NCBI RefSeq assembly: GCF_001598795.1
Contig: NZ_BCZP01000021.1
Span: 30,001 to 62,000 of the forward strand
Direction: 5' to 3'
Length of the DNA: 32,000 nucleotides
DNA from: Delftia acidovorans NBRC 14950
GTDB taxonomy: Bacteria; Pseudomonadota; Gammaproteobacteria; Burkholderiales; Burkholderiaceae_C
Shown here piece by piece: positions 31,161 through 32,000 of this stretch. The notes under the pieces are model-generated. The model was not told the origin of the DNA, made no database searches, and worked only from the letters and a program-made list of their open reading frames with translations. Within the stretch, counting starts at the first letter, position 1. The number at the start of each line of letters is the position of its first letter. The position numbers and the translations under genes were made by a program.

Positions 31161-32000
31161 CTAAGCCGCCGTCTCGACCGACTTCAACTGGTAGATGGCA
31201 TAGAAGTGCACGCCAAAGGTCCAGCGGAATGCCGGCCCCACCAGCGAGTAGGGCGGGCCGTAGCCTTCCATCACCTGGTGCGCGGCCACCAGCTGCAGGC
31301 GCGGATGGGCTTGCGCCAGATCGGCCTCGCGGCGCAGGCCCCAATGGAACTGGGCCTGGGTGAGCCGGACCGAGGGGTGCTGGCTTGCGCGCCCGGCGGC
31401 CAGCCAGCACATGGCGTCGAACACCAGTTCCGAACCCGGCGGGCTGCATTGCGCAAACGTGGTCCACAGCGCCTGTATCTGCTCTTTTTGCAGGTACATG
31501 GAAACGCCTTCGGCCATCATGAACACGGCAGGCCCTGACCTGTCGGCCGGCAGTCCCAGCCGCCGCCACCAGTCGGCGTCGGCCAGGTCGAATTCGCGGA
31601 TCTCCTGGCGCTCCGATTGCCAGGGCAGCAACTGCCTGCGCAGGGCTACCACCGGCCCCAGGTCCGCATCCGTCATGCGCATCTGCCCGTTGTCCAGCCA
31701 TTGGAAATAGTCGCTGAGGCCGCAGCCCAGGTTCACCACATGGCCCTGCGGCTGGCGCCGGAGAAAGTCCTGCGCCAGCGCGCGAAAGCAGTGCGTGCGC
31801 GCCAGCACGCCGTAGATGCTCTGCCTGTCCTGAAGCCAGCGGCTGCCGTCGTCGCCCAGCTGGGTCAGCGTGTCCAAGGCGTGGGCGTCACTGACGGCCA
31901 TGCCGGGAAACAGCCGGTCGCCCAGGGCGCGGGCGGTCAGCGGAATGCGCAGCGTCTCGCTGACGTCGGACAGTTTTTCCTGCCGGGGCGTGGAGGGCGG
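31161..32000 (-). CDS. Class I SAM-dependent methyltransferase (LCM/TcmP-like O-methyltransferase family); the 5' end lies beyond the right window edge
   Basis: Track ORF 31161..31901 starts at the first Met, but the frame stays open upstream to 32000 (...QEKLSDVSETLRIPLTARALGDRLFPGMAVSDAHA...). SETL.IPL.ARA...P...DP.A is the usual N-terminal region of this family. VVNLGCGLSD is the SAM-binding motif I. Confidence 0.7.
   Translation of the reverse strand, partial: PPSTPRQEKLSDVSETLRIPLTARALGDRLFPGMAVSDAHALDTLTQLGDDGSRWLQDRQSIYGVLARTHCFRALAQDFLRRQPQGHVVNLGCGLSDYFQWLDNGQMRMTDADLGPVVALRRQLLPWQSERQEIREFDLADADWWRRLGLPADRSGPAVFMMAEGVSMYLQKEQIQALWTTFAQCSPPGSELVFDAMCWLAAGRASQHPSVRLTQAQFHWGLRREADLAQAHPRLQLVAAHQVMEGYGPPYSLVGPAFRWTFGVHFYAIYQLKSVETAA

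Noticed and set aside
1-32000. Search for tRNA, rRNA, CRISPR arrays, IS elements, integrases and long repeats
   Set aside because: I recognised none. The only mobility-like trace is the weak HTH-like fragment at about 14400-14492, reported as a low-interest finding.

Overview
High-GC (about 70-75% in hand-counted lines) chromosomal segment. The gene families and codon bias look betaproteobacterial, probably Burkholderiales/Comamonadaceae, but that is inference only. I support 31 protein-coding genes and found no rRNA, tRNA, CRISPR array or intact IS element. Many long ORFs in the supplied track are antisense or out-of-frame GC artefacts. The track also misses the two genes that run off the window edges (AsmA on the left, a SAM-methyltransferase on the right). 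Left to right: (1) asmA-like gene; (2) a catabolic operon of SDR dehydrogenase, BKACE/DUF849 beta-keto-acid cleavage enzyme and ACS-family MFS importer, with a divergent GntR regulator and a perfect 16-bp palindrome between them; (3) an AbrB/PIN toxin-antitoxin pair followed by an RluA-family pseudouridine synthase; (4) a TetR-controlled tripartite MFS-HlyD-OMF efflux operon; (5) a low-GC two-gene orphan cassette (exported about 400-aa protein plus a small Zn-ribbon-like membrane protein); (6) a tetrathionate-reductase-like ttrBCA operon with a class-II FNR-type promoter; (7) a small all-helical protein; (8) an ATGA-coupled tlpA-like, dsbG, dsrE-like thiol/sulfur redox operon; (9) an MFS exporter with a divergent TetR and three tandem palindromic operators; (10) a PmrA/QseB-type response regulator and sensor kinase; (11) thiosulfate dehydrogenase tsdB-tsdA; (12) an ATGA-coupled DUF2325, fur, nitroreductase operon behind a Fur box; (13) a convergent SAM-methyltransferase. 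Most interesting: a tetrathionate-reducing and a thiosulfate-oxidising system sit within 15 kb with a thiol-redox operon between them and no TtrSR regulator. A rare TTAA-based direct repeat (NTTAAN-N5-NTTAAN, PmrA-box-like) occurs three times, in the non-coding DNA next to each of these sulfur operons, beside a PmrA/QseB-type two-component system. The low-GC orphan cassette is the best candidate for something uncharacterised.
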